Source: a virus (taxonomy: Duplodnaviria; Heunggongvirae; Uroviricota; Caudoviricetes). From it: a stretch of DNA of 21,318 nucleotides. The notes beneath the pieces were generated by a model, which had not been told where the DNA came from, ran no database searches, and was given only the letters and a program-made list of their open reading frames with translations. The DNA lies in IMG/VR virus record IMGVR_UViG_2660238462_000004. The stretch is one strand, 5' to 3'. The position numbers and the translations under genes were made by a program. Of this stretch, positions 1-7,859 are shown piece by piece; the stretch's first letter is position 1, and every line of letters starts with the position of its first letter.

Positions 1-57
1 TCAGCAGAACTGATATAATATCTGACCGTCATTTCTGGCTCTTTCTTTTGTTCTGCT

Positions 58-67
58 NNNNNNNNNN
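58..67. other. Assembly gap (run of 10 N)
   Basis: Literal run of n in the sequence; flanking segments are not demonstrably contiguous. Confidence 0.97.
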
Positions 68-492
68 TCGCGATGAAAATCCGGCATCTCAATCCCCGCC
101 AGATGATAAGCATCCCGGAACAGCGTGTAACAGTCCGTCACCCCGTGTTCAAAGCGCCGCCCGGTGAGATGCGGCACACAGCGGAACTTATGAATCGTCC
201 CCCGGCAGACCAGCCACCACGGCAAATCACTCTGCACCTGCAGCCGCCGGTCGGCCTCACTCAGCCAGGGCAGACCACCGGGGTGGCTGTGGACCAGCGC
301 CACAATCTCACCCTGCATTTCTGCCTGCAGCCAGTCTTCCGGCGACATACGGAAATACGCCTCCGGCTCACCGGAGATATTCACGCAGGGGAAATATCTT
401 TCCCCCTCCGGCGTGCTTACCACGAAGCCGCACGACTCCGCTGGCGCACATCGCCGGGCGTGCGCCAGAATCGCTGATTCTGTCTGTGTCAT
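68..492 (-). CDS. K: Tail assembly protein K, N-terminal fragment (JAMM/MPN domain), truncated by the gap at 58-67
   Basis: Minus-strand translation MTQTESAILAHARRCAPAESCGFVV...IVALVHSHPGG...DFHR matches my recollection of lambda gpK almost residue for residue; the HSHPGG motif is JAMM-like. ATG at 490-492. The 3' end is lost in the N run. Confidence 0.85.
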
Positions 493-497
493 GGGAT

Positions 498-726
498 TTA
501 CTGCGAAAGTTTGTTAATGGAAAGGAAGCCGCCAAAGTTGCCGACGTTATTGCGAAACTTACAGCCACTCAGGCATTTGCTGCATTTATCCTTCGTGATA
601 TCGGACGTTGGCTGGTCATATTCATCCGCGACCGCCGGACCGTGATAACCGCACTCATCGCCGCGATAGGTCCAGGTGCAGGTGTTGGCCAGCATGATAC
701 GTCCCGGAAAAACAGCGCCGTCCGTT
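498..726 (-). CDS. L: Minor tail protein L, C-terminal fragment, truncated by the gap at 727-736
   Basis: Minus-strand translation ...MLANTCTWTYRGDECGYHGPAVADEYDQPTSDITKDKCSKCLSGCKFRNNVGNFGGFLSINKLSQ matches the recalled C-terminus of lambda gpL (Cys-rich tail). Stop at 498-500, 5 nt upstream of the K start, as in a lambda L-K junction. Confidence 0.85.
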
Positions 727-736
727 NNNNNNNNNN
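727..736. other. Assembly gap (run of 10 N)
   Basis: Literal run of n. Confidence 0.97.
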
Positions 737-851
737 ACTGGCGGTTGATCCGAACGGTCAGCTTTTATCCCGCTATGAGTCTGGAGCGTGGAAAGTGATT
801 TCTCAGTCTGATTTTGCCCGAGATGTCGCAGCCCTTTTCCAGCGCCTCGGT

Positions 852-861
852 NNNNNNNNNN
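852..861. other. Assembly gap (run of 10 N)
   Basis: Literal run of n. Confidence 0.97.
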
Positions 862-977
862 TCATTCATCGTATTCTGCGCACCATTCTGTTGCCCCTTC
901 CGTGCTGACAAGCGCCAGCGGCAGGCCGCGATGGTCGCAGTGGTACAGGTGGATTTTTCGCGCCGGCGTGTACACCN

Positions 978-987
978 NNNNNNNNNA
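978..987. other. Assembly gap (run of 10 N)
   Basis: Literal run of n. Confidence 0.97.
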
Positions 988-1107
988 GATTTCTGCCCCT
1001 GCCCGGTCGCAGTCCAGTCTGCATCTTCATCATCGAGATAGCTGTCGTCATAGGACTCAGCGGTCAGTTCGCCGGGCGTCAGGTCTTTAACTTTTGCCAG
1101 ACGCGAC
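988..1107 (-). CDS. V: Internal fragment of a second, lambda-type major tail protein V (paralog of the intact V at 16424-17167)
   Basis: Reverse-complement translation [40 protein letters not shown] matches recalled lambda gpV. The intact V in this window reads [38 protein letters not shown] at the same position, so this is a distinct allele bounded by gaps on both sides. Confidence 0.65.
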
Positions 1108-1117
1108 NNNNNNNNNN
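1108..1117. other. Assembly gap (run of 10 N)
   Basis: Literal run of n. Confidence 0.97.
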
Positions 1118-1345
1118 CGTTGATTTAACCCTTACAAAGCAATCAGGGACTGGTAATCGTTTTGTTTTACAGAACTCAGGTAATGCAGAACTACCGTTTT
1201 CTGTCAGGGTGTGGGGTTCCAGTACTCGACAAAACGTTTTTGAGGTTGGAACGTCTGCTGCGTATCTGTTTTATGCGCAAAAACGTCAGCAGGCCAGTTG
1301 TTTGATGTAAATGGCGCTATTAATTGCACAATGCTGAATCAGTCA

Positions 1346-1642
1346 TCAGACCGCGACCTTAAAGACGATATTCTCGTTATCAGCGACGCGACGAAAGCNN
1401 NNNNNNNNTATATAAACGTTTGCCTTACGCGTGGTCGCTTGAGCCAGTACCGGCAGCTGATCTTCTTTTTCAGTAATCAGCCCGGCGAGTTCTGTGGCTG
1501 TTTCCTGTTGTTCCAGATACTCAGCCCGGAGAGCTTTCATCTCCGGCGTTACGATGCCGCCGCTCTGGTTAAGCAGTTCCCTGAACTGCGCCCGATTGTC
1601 TTTGCTGGCCTGCTCAGTTTCGGTCTGATGCTGGCGCAGAGC
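1346..1642 (-). CDS. Fragment(s) of an unidentified protein, interrupted by the gap at 1399-1408
   Basis: Minus-strand frame reads ...FRELLNQSGGIVTPEMKALRAEYLEQQETATELAGLITEKEDQLPVLAQATTRKANVYI, then after the gap FRRVADNENIVFKVAV and a stop. Protein-like composition but not recognised; continuity across the gap is not guaranteed. Confidence 0.3.
   Translation of the reverse strand, partial: ALRQHQTETEQASKDNRAQFRELLNQSGGIVTPEMKALRAEYLEQQETATELAGLITEKEDQLPVLAQATTRKANVYIXXXXFRRVADNENIVFKVAV
1399..1408. other. Assembly gap (run of 10 N)
   Basis: Literal run of n. Confidence 0.97.
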
Positions 1643-1652
1643 NNNNNNNNNN
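1643..1652. other. Assembly gap (run of 10 N)
   Basis: Literal run of n; the Q reading frame is open right up to this gap. Confidence 0.97.
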
Positions 1653-1653
1653 C

Positions 1654-1953
1654 GCCGGTTTTAAGGGATTAATTACTTCAAAAGTAAAATCTCGCCCGCA
1701 ATGTTGTGACGATGACGCGATGATCATTTGCGGGTGCATGGCCCGTCTGAAAAAGAACAACAGCGATTTGCACGATTTATTAGTAGATTATTATGTAGTC
1801 GGTATGACATTCATGTCACTGGCAGGTAAGCATTGCTGCTCTGATGGTTATATCGGGAAAAGGTTACAGAAGGCTGAGGGCATAATTGAAGGGATGTTAA
1901 TGGCATTAGATATCCGGTTAGAGATGGATATCGTTGTTAATAACTCTAATTAA
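1654..1953 (+). CDS. quuD: Late-gene antiterminator Q (QuuD/YbcQ-like), 3' portion only; 5' end lost in the gap
   Basis: Frame is open from the gap edge: [99 protein letters not shown], stop TAA 1951-1953. Matches my recollection of the C-terminal ~100 aa of E. coli prophage QuuD. Position upstream of the lysis cassette fits. Confidence 0.65.
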   Translation, partial: AGFKGLITSKVKSRPQCCDDDAMIICGCMARLKKNNSDLHDLLVDYYVVGMTFMSLAGKHCCSDGYIGKRLQKAEGIIEGMLMALDIRLEMDIVVNNSN

Positions 1954-1980
1954 TACGCCAATTATTTACTAAAAGTTATT

Positions 1981-2010
1981 AAAAATGGGGCGTTGAGACG
2001 CCCCCAAAAA
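1981..2010 (-). terminator. GC stem-loop with flanking T/A runs; likely intrinsic terminator for the porin transcript
   Basis: ggggcg(1987-1992)-ttgaga-cgcccc(1999-2004); on the minus strand the stem is followed by attttt; on the plus strand by A-rich sequence. Confidence 0.45.
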
Positions 2011-2141
2011 TAAAGGGTAATATATAACAGAAGGTTTATATAGTTAGAAGCAAGGTTGTGCTCCTAAAGGAAGTGGCTTGAGGGAGCCACTTATATGTTG
2101 GGGAGGCAAAGCCTCCCGCAACATATCTTTTAGTAATCAAA

Positions 2142-3224
2142 TTAGAACTGGTAAACCATACCTACAGCAACGATATCATCGGTAGCAACGCCAGATGCTT
2201 TCGTGAAATCGCTCTTATCAATCAGGTTGATTTTGTAATCAACAAAAGTGGACATATTTTTGTTGAAGTAATAGGTTGCACCTACATCAATATATTCAAC
2301 CAAGTCCTGATCACCCCACGCACCCAAGTCTTTTCCTTTAGATTGCAGGTAAGCAACGGACGGACGCAGACCGAAGTCGAACTGATATTGTGCAACTACT
2401 TCGAAGTTTTGTGCTTTGTTGGCAATATGGTTATTACCAAAAACAGTCATGTTCTGGGTTTCAGAATAGGTGGTAGCCAGATAGATGTTGTTCGCATCAT
2501 ATTTCAGACCAGCTGCCCATACTTCAGCATTTTGACCAGATGCATTCAGGCTGTTGTTACCGTAGATAACCTGATTATTAGTGCGGTCAGATTTAGCATA
2601 GGTTGCACCTACACCGAATCCTTCATACTCATAAGTAGTGGAGAAACCGAAACCATCACCATTAGCTTCAGTTACGTCAGTGCGGTCATTTTTACCCTGA
2701 TACTGAGCAGCAAAGTTCAGACCATCAACCAGACCAAAGAAGTCATTGTTACGATAAGTTGCAACACCTGTGGTGCGACCAGTCATGAATACATCTGTTT
2801 GGGTCCAGGTATCGCCACCGAATTCTGGCAGAACGTCGGTCCATGCACCAATATCGTATGCTACACCGTAGTTACGGCCATAATCGATGGAGCCGTAGTC
2901 ACCGAATTTCAGGCCAGCGAAGGCAAGACGGGTTTTATCTTTGGAGGAACCTTGAGATTCAGCGCGGTTGCCTTTGAATTCATATTCCCACTGACCGAAA
3001 CCAGTCAGTTGATCGTTGATTTGGGTTTCACCTTTGAAGCCAAGACGGGCATAAGTAGTATCACCATCATCTGCATCATTAGAGGAGAAGTAGTGCTTAG
3101 CATTAACTTTCCCGTACAGATCCAGCTTGTTACTGTCTTTATTATAAATTTCAGCTGCCTGAGCAGACATCGCCATCAGTACTGATGCAGCTACAGCAGA
3201 AATTGCCACTGTTAATTTTTTCAT
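2142..3224 (-). CDS. nmpC: Outer-membrane general porin, OmpC/OmpF family (NmpC/OmpD-like prophage porin)
   Basis: 360 aa from ATG at 3222-3224: signal peptide [23 protein letters not shown], then [23 protein letters not shown]..., C-terminal ...VAVGMVYQF (terminal Phe typical of beta-barrel OMPs). The six-frame ORF extends 20 codons further upstream but the signal peptide fixes the start. Confidence 0.9.
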   Translation of the reverse strand: MKKLTVAISAVAASVLMAMSAQAAEIYNKDSNKLDLYGKVNAKHYFSSNDADDGDTTYARLGFKGETQINDQLTGFGQWEYEFKGNRAESQGSSKDKTRLAFAGLKFGDYGSIDYGRNYGVAYDIGAWTDVLPEFGGDTWTQTDVFMTGRTTGVATYRNNDFFGLVDGLNFAAQYQGKNDRTDVTEANGDGFGFSTTYEYEGFGVGATYAKSDRTNNQVIYGNNSLNASGQNAEVWAAGLKYDANNIYLATTYSETQNMTVFGNNHIANKAQNFEVVAQYQFDFGLRPSVAYLQSKGKDLGAWGDQDLVEYIDVGATYYFNKNMSTFVDYKINLIDKSDFTKASGVATDDIVAVGMVYQF

Positions 3225-3592
3225 CGTGAGCCCTTTTTTTGAACTATTATTAAAAAATGATGTCACTGCGCGATAAATATTCATCTAATCAATGTGATTA
3301 TTTCAAGATGTAAGTTTTGGTTTCTCATTTGATTTGTGAAGTAGATCTCTATTTTTATCTGAACTTTTTCTATCGAATCCTATTCATGGCTCTTGGCTGA
3401 ATAAAAATAAATCTATTAGCCAATTTATATTAATGGCTGTTATTTATAAGTGCTCTATAATTTGAAGATTCAATTTAAACCAGCTAAAAATAACGCTGGA
3501 AATTATTTGTTGGTTATTTGTTGAGATTTGCTTATGTATTTGTAGTGGTGTTTTCAATACTCGGTAGCATTCTCGCAAATATCATTTAGTGG

Positions 3593-3620
3593 TTTACGTA
3601 CGTAAAAAATTGGTTATGCT
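3593..3620 (+). promoter_or_regulatory. Candidate late promoter (pR'-like) upstream of the lysis genes
   Basis: -35-like tttacg (3593-3598), 16-nt spacer, -10-like tatgct (3615-3620), inside a 590-bp AT-rich leader. Loosely resembles the lambda pR' arrangement (shared aaaattgg spacer motif). Inference only. Confidence 0.25.
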
Positions 3621-3653
3621 GTTAAGAGTGGTTACTTCGTCACACAGCTTAAA

Positions 3654-3682
3654 CCCGCCGTCGAGCGGATTTTTCCATTTTT
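3654..3682 (+). terminator. Candidate tR'-like terminator or pause hairpin
   Basis: Short GC stem ccgc/gcgg (3655-3668) with 6-nt loop followed by atttttccatttttt. Stem is only 4 bp, so weak. Confidence 0.3.
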
Positions 3683-3811
3683 TGAGTCTCGATATTAGCT
3701 GATAACCCAATACCTGAGTTATTCACTGACTCCGAGTCTGTTACGTTTCTGCTTTTTTGCGATACGTTGTATTCCCTCAATTTACACCCGCTTTGTCTGC
3801 GAGGTGGGGTT

Positions 3812-4027
3812 ATGAAATCCATGGATAAGTTAACAACGGGTGTCGCCTATGGCACCTCAGCAGGTAGTGCCGGGTACTGGTTTTTACAGTTGCTCGATAA
3901 AGTCACGCCCTCACAGTGGGCGGCAATAGGTGTGCTGGGTAGTCTGGTGTTTGGCCTGCTGACGTATCTGACAAATCTTTATTTCAAGATTAAAGAAGAC
4001 AAGCGTAAGGCTGCACGGGGAGAGTAA
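3812..4027 (+). CDS. essD: Class II holin (phage 21 S21-type pinholin) with dual-start motif
   Basis: 71 aa [71 protein letters not shown]; two predicted TM segments; Met1 and Met4 give the antiholin/holin dual start; SD gaggtgggg at 3801-3809. The track ORF begins at an upstream TTG (3767) that I discount. Confidence 0.85.
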
Positions 4028-4031
4028 TTCA

Positions 4032-4553
4032 ATGACTCAAAACTATGAACTGATTGTGAAAGGGATCCGCAATTTTGAGAATAAAGTTACGGTAACTTTA
4101 GCGTTACGGGACAAAAACCGCTTTGACGGTGAAATTTTTGACCTGGACATCTCGCTGGACCGTGTTGAAGGTGCCGCGCTGGAGTTTTATGAGGCAGCAG
4201 CCAGAAGGAGCATCAGACAGGTCTTCCTGGATGTTGCTGCCGGGTTATGTGAAGGGGATGAGCAGTCGCCGGAAAAGCGCCCCATAATTTTAGAGGCGCA
4301 GAATGTGTGGATAACCTACAAAGGAAAGCTACCGGGAAGAATTACTGGTTCTCTGAAGACGCCACCGACGGCATTGCGGTCAGAAAAAGATGATATTGAA
4401 TCGCCCATTGAAAAACTGGAGGGCAGCGTCGCTGATCTGAATAAAAAATTGTCGGTGCTGATTCCTTCTGAAGATGAAAAAAAACGCCGCGATGAGCAGT
4501 TTGCGGCGTTTTACGATTATTGCATTGAAGTTACTCTCGCAGGAATTTTGTGA
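4032..4553 (+). CDS. Hypothetical protein, N-terminal part YdfR/DUF1327-like, with a C-terminal extension
   Basis: ATG 4 nt after the holin stop; MTQNYELIVKGIRNFENKVTVTLALRDKNRFDGEIFDLDISLDRVEGAALEFYEAAARRSIRQVFL... resembles my recollection of prophage YdfR (about 100 aa), which sits between holin and endolysin in Qin. Here the frame runs to 173 aa with a Lys/Glu-rich tail. Confidence 0.5.
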   Translation: MTQNYELIVKGIRNFENKVTVTLALRDKNRFDGEIFDLDISLDRVEGAALEFYEAAARRSIRQVFLDVAAGLCEGDEQSPEKRPIILEAQNVWITYKGKLPGRITGSLKTPPTALRSEKDDIESPIEKLEGSVADLNKKLSVLIPSEDEKKRRDEQFAAFYDYCIEVTLAGIL

Positions 4554-4793
4554 AGATTTTTGAGGAGGGTAAATCTCTTCAGTAAGCTTAATGGCGGACG
4601 CTGCAATTAATTCAGGAAGGTCCGCAAGGTCATCTGTCAGTGGATATGATGAAAAATCGGCGGCAGTTCTGTTAAGAAGCGCTTTAACTAATTCCTTTTC
4701 CTTCTCCGGCAACAAGTTGATTAGAGCTACGACTGCTTGCCTGAGTGCGATTAAATCAGCAAAAGTTTGTTTAGGTAGATTTGTGTAATCCAT
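4380..4793 (-). CDS. Hypothetical small protein; N-terminal 75 aa look coding, the distal part overlaps antisense to 4032-4553 and may be a shadow or remnant
   Basis: ATG at 4791-4793 with SD gagg 6 nt upstream (minus strand). MDYTNLPKQTFADLIALRQAVVALINLLPEKEKELVKALLNRTAADFSSYPLTDDLADLPELIAASAIKLTEEIYPPQKS... is helical and acidic. No stop until 4380; the last ~58 codons are Phe/Ile-rich, as expected for antisense of a Lys/Glu-rich coding region. Confidence 0.3.
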   Translation of the reverse strand: MDYTNLPKQTFADLIALRQAVVALINLLPEKEKELVKALLNRTAADFSSYPLTDDLADLPELIAASAIKLTEEIYPPQKSSQNSCESNFNAIIVKRRKLLIAAFFFIFRRNQHRQFFIQISDAALQFFNGRFNIIFF

Positions 4794-4906
4794 AGTCGCC
4801 TCTGTGTTTATCAGATTGACATCCTCCTCCCGCCAGTGCCCATCACTGGTGAGGTAAGATTTAACATATCCGGGGATTTGAAGCCGATAAATCCTGATAA
4901 ATATCC

Positions 4907-5934
<1,028 letters not shown>

Positions 5935-6117
5935 ATTAATATTAAATCGGATTATTTTTAGCGCTGAATGTGAAATTTAAATAAAAAGGACTCTTCCATG
6001 AGTCAAAATCCTTGAAATCTTAAGGGTAAGATAAAAGGTCATTAGACAGAATGACACGTTTTATTAATAAATAAAGCTATTGTTTCATTCGTGTGTTTTT
6101 CTTTACAAAAGTAATCC

Positions 6118-6146
6118 TTGCTATGGTTGGTTAATCATGCGTTAAT
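6118..6146 (+). promoter_or_regulatory. Candidate cspA-like promoter driving a long 5' UTR
   Basis: ttgcta (6118-6123), 17-nt spacer, gttaat (6141-6146), in an AT-rich upstream region; predicted leader ~145 nt to the csp ATG, comparable to the cspA leader. Confidence 0.35.
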
Positions 6147-6297
6147 GGTGTTCTGGTTTGTTACAAAATTATCTGAAGCAGTCATTGTTATAATTTTATT
6201 ATTTGTACCTCTTGAGATTTCCTTGTTGGTTTTTCTCTCTGATATTTTTTTTCGGACCATTCTGCCCAAGGGCTAACTTCTTCAAAAGGTAATAATG

Positions 6298-6510
6298 ATG
6301 TCTAACAAAATGACTGGTTTAGTGAAATGGTTTAACCCTGAAAAAGGTTTTGGTTTCATCACGCCGAAAGATGGTAGCAAAGATGTGTTTGTCCATTTCT
6401 CAGCTATTCAGAGCAACGATTTCAAAACGTTAACTGAGAATCAGGAAGTCGAATTTGGTATTGAGAACGGACCTAAAGGCCCCGCGGCTGTTCATGTTGT
6501 GGCACTTTGA
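6298..6510 (+). CDS. cspI: Cold-shock protein, CspA family (CspI-like)
   Basis: 70 aa [70 protein letters not shown] with RNP1/RNP2-like motifs (KGFGFI, VFVHF); SD aagg 8 nt upstream. Confidence 0.9.
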   Translation: MSNKMTGLVKWFNPEKGFGFITPKDGSKDVFVHFSAIQSNDFKTLTENQEVEFGIENGPKGPAAVHVVAL

Positions 6511-6709
6511 GGTAGAAAATATTACAAACCATATTCACTTTAGATGCCCGTGTTGCCATGGTTCTCAGTATAGAACATCATCTTTTGATGTTTCTGACAG
6601 GAATCCTTTCGGGGCAAAATGTATCTTTTGTAAATCAATGATGATTACATTTGATAATATTTCACAATACTTAAATGTTAGCCGTCTATCGTTAGATTTA
6701 AGAAAGTGA
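6494..6709 (+). CDS. Small zinc-ribbon protein (YnfQ/YmcF-like) downstream of csp; start codon uncertain
   Basis: Frame encodes ...[57 protein letters not shown] with CxCC...CxxC. The first ATG (6494) lacks an SD and overlaps csp; a GAGG (6509-6512) lies 8 nt upstream of an in-frame ATT (6521), which would give a 62-aa product. Confidence 0.5.
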   Translation: MLWHFEVENITNHIHFRCPCCHGSQYRTSSFDVSDRNPFGAKCIFCKSMMITFDNISQYLNVSRLSLDLRK

Positions 6710-6714
6710 AAATG

Positions 6715-6737
6715 AAGGCTCCTTCGGGAGCTTTTTT
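6715..6737 (+). terminator. Intrinsic terminator after the csp/zinc-ribbon unit
   Basis: aaggctcc-ttcg-ggagc stem with UUCG tetraloop followed by tttttt, 6 nt after the stop at 6709. Confidence 0.6.
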
Positions 6738-6857
6738 GCTTAGTGTCTAGTCGATGGATACTCACATATTACGGTAACATTATGAAAAAAAATAATAGTT
6801 TTTTTTAACTCTGAACCAGCAATGGTAGTGCCAGTGATGACCGGAGTTAACACCATC

Positions 6858-7013
6858 ATGCGTGAATATCCAAATGGCGAAACAACACACCTCACTGTAA
6901 TGGCTGCAGGGTTTCCATCTCTGACCGGAGATCATAAAGTCATTTATGTAGCAGCGGATCGACATGTAACTTCAGAAGAAATTCTGGAAGCAGCAATGAG
7001 ACTCTTGAATTGA
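6858..7013 (+). CDS. ynfN: YnfN-like small protein (cold-shock-island protein)
   Basis: MREYPNGETTHLTVMAAGFPSLTGDHKVIYVAADRHVTSEEILEAAMRLLN (51 aa) matches my recollection of Qin ynfN and its position between csp and gns. In-frame ATGs at 6822 and 6837 are alternative starts. Confidence 0.45.
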   Translation: MREYPNGETTHLTVMAAGFPSLTGDHKVIYVAADRHVTSEEILEAAMRLLN

Positions 7014-7185
7014 TTTGATTCTAATGCATTGATAATAAATGATAATCATCTTTATCTGTTTGTGTGAAATTTAGACCGTCGTATGTTGATTATTGCGATG
7101 TTTCATCTTATCTTTTATACGTTTGCTCCATATAATTGACACTACTGTGTACCAGGAAAGTCATAACAGACTAAAAGAGGAAATG

Positions 7186-7359
7186 ATGAACATTGAAGAG
7201 TTAAAAACAAAAACAGAAGCAGATATTTCTGAATATATAACAAAAAAAATCATTGAGCTTAAGAAAAAGACCGGGAAAGAAGTTACCAGTATCCAGTTTA
7301 CTGCACGGGAAAAAATGACTGGTCTTGAAAGCTATGATATCAAGATTGATTTAATCTAG
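7186..7359 (+). CDS. gnsB: GnsA/GnsB-family protein
   Basis: 57 aa MNIEELKTKTEADISEYITKKIIELKKKTGKEVTSIQFTAREKMTGLESYDIKIDLI; strong SD aagagg 5 nt upstream; close to recalled GnsA/GnsB sequences. Confidence 0.75.
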   Translation: MNIEELKTKTEADISEYITKKIIELKKKTGKEVTSIQFTAREKMTGLESYDIKIDLI

Positions 7360-7424
7360 TCTGTTTAGTATTAGCATCAATTTCTCATCAGATGCTATTC
7401 AACAATACAAATTACCCATAAACC

Positions 7425-7455
7425 TCGTTTTTACGGGGTTTTGTTATATTTAAAC
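7425..7455 (+). terminator. Possible terminator hairpin downstream of the gns gene
   Basis: aaacctcg-ttttt-acggggttt stem-loop followed by T-rich sequence (coordinates approximate). Confidence 0.3.
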
Positions 7456-7652
7456 ATTACCGAATAGGTATAAATCTCGATTGTCGATGGTATTGGTTGT
7501 GTGACAATACCTAGTCTTTCCGGTATGCCTGAAGAGAATACAAACGACAGATTATGTAAGGGAAACGCGCTGAATCTTTAACTCTTTCATGCTGAGTGAT
7601 TTGACGTTATATTTTTAGCCGTAAGTGAAGAGCAAACGCATGGAGCGACAAA

Positions 7653-7859
7653 ATGCATAAAGATCAATACACTGATGCCCCCTCCCAGGAGCAGGTTCGT
7701 GTAAAAACTATGCTTAATAGCACCATTTCGATGGGTTACCCGGATGTTGTAATTGCATGTATAGAACATCAAGTGTCTCTGGAAGCATTCAGGGCAATTG
7801 AGGCCGCGTTAGTAAAGCACGATAAGAATACGAAGGATTATTCCCTGGTGGTTGACTGA
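7653..7859 (+). CDS. Hypothetical 68-aa protein upstream of the packaging genes (possibly YlcI/YnfO-like)
   Basis: ATG with SD ggag 7 nt upstream; [68 protein letters not shown]; not recognised with certainty. Confidence 0.4.
   Translation: MHKDQYTDAPSQEQVRVKTMLNSTISMGYPDVVIACIEHQVSLEAFRAIEAALVKHDKNTKDYSLVVD

Noticed and set aside
1720-1953. Stand-alone 77-aa ORF starting at ATG 1720
   Set aside because: The same frame is open upstream to the gap edge and reads as a continuous Q C-terminus, so the internal ATG is not the start.
2343-3185. 280-aa plus-strand ORF
   Set aside because: Lies entirely antisense to the porin gene, has a low-complexity Ile/Thr/Ser-rich composition and no RBS; a shadow ORF of the well-supported porin.
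3767-3811. TTG-initiated N-terminal extension of the holin ([15 protein letters not shown])
   Set aside because: A strong SD (gaggtgggg) sits immediately upstream of ATG 3812 and the S21-type holin begins MKSMDK; the extension is a frame artefact.
4591-4788. 65-aa plus-strand ORF
   Set aside because: Ser/Ala-rich with no RBS; antisense to the better-supported minus-strand N-terminal coding region at 4569-4793.
6455-6493. TTG start of the zinc-ribbon ORF deep inside csp
   Set aside because: No RBS; would put 18 codons inside the csp coding sequence; a downstream start is more plausible.
6565-6965. Minus-strand ORFs of 66 and 61 aa
   Set aside because: Antisense to the zinc-ribbon and ynfN-like genes; His/Trp/Cys-rich low-complexity translations; no RBS.
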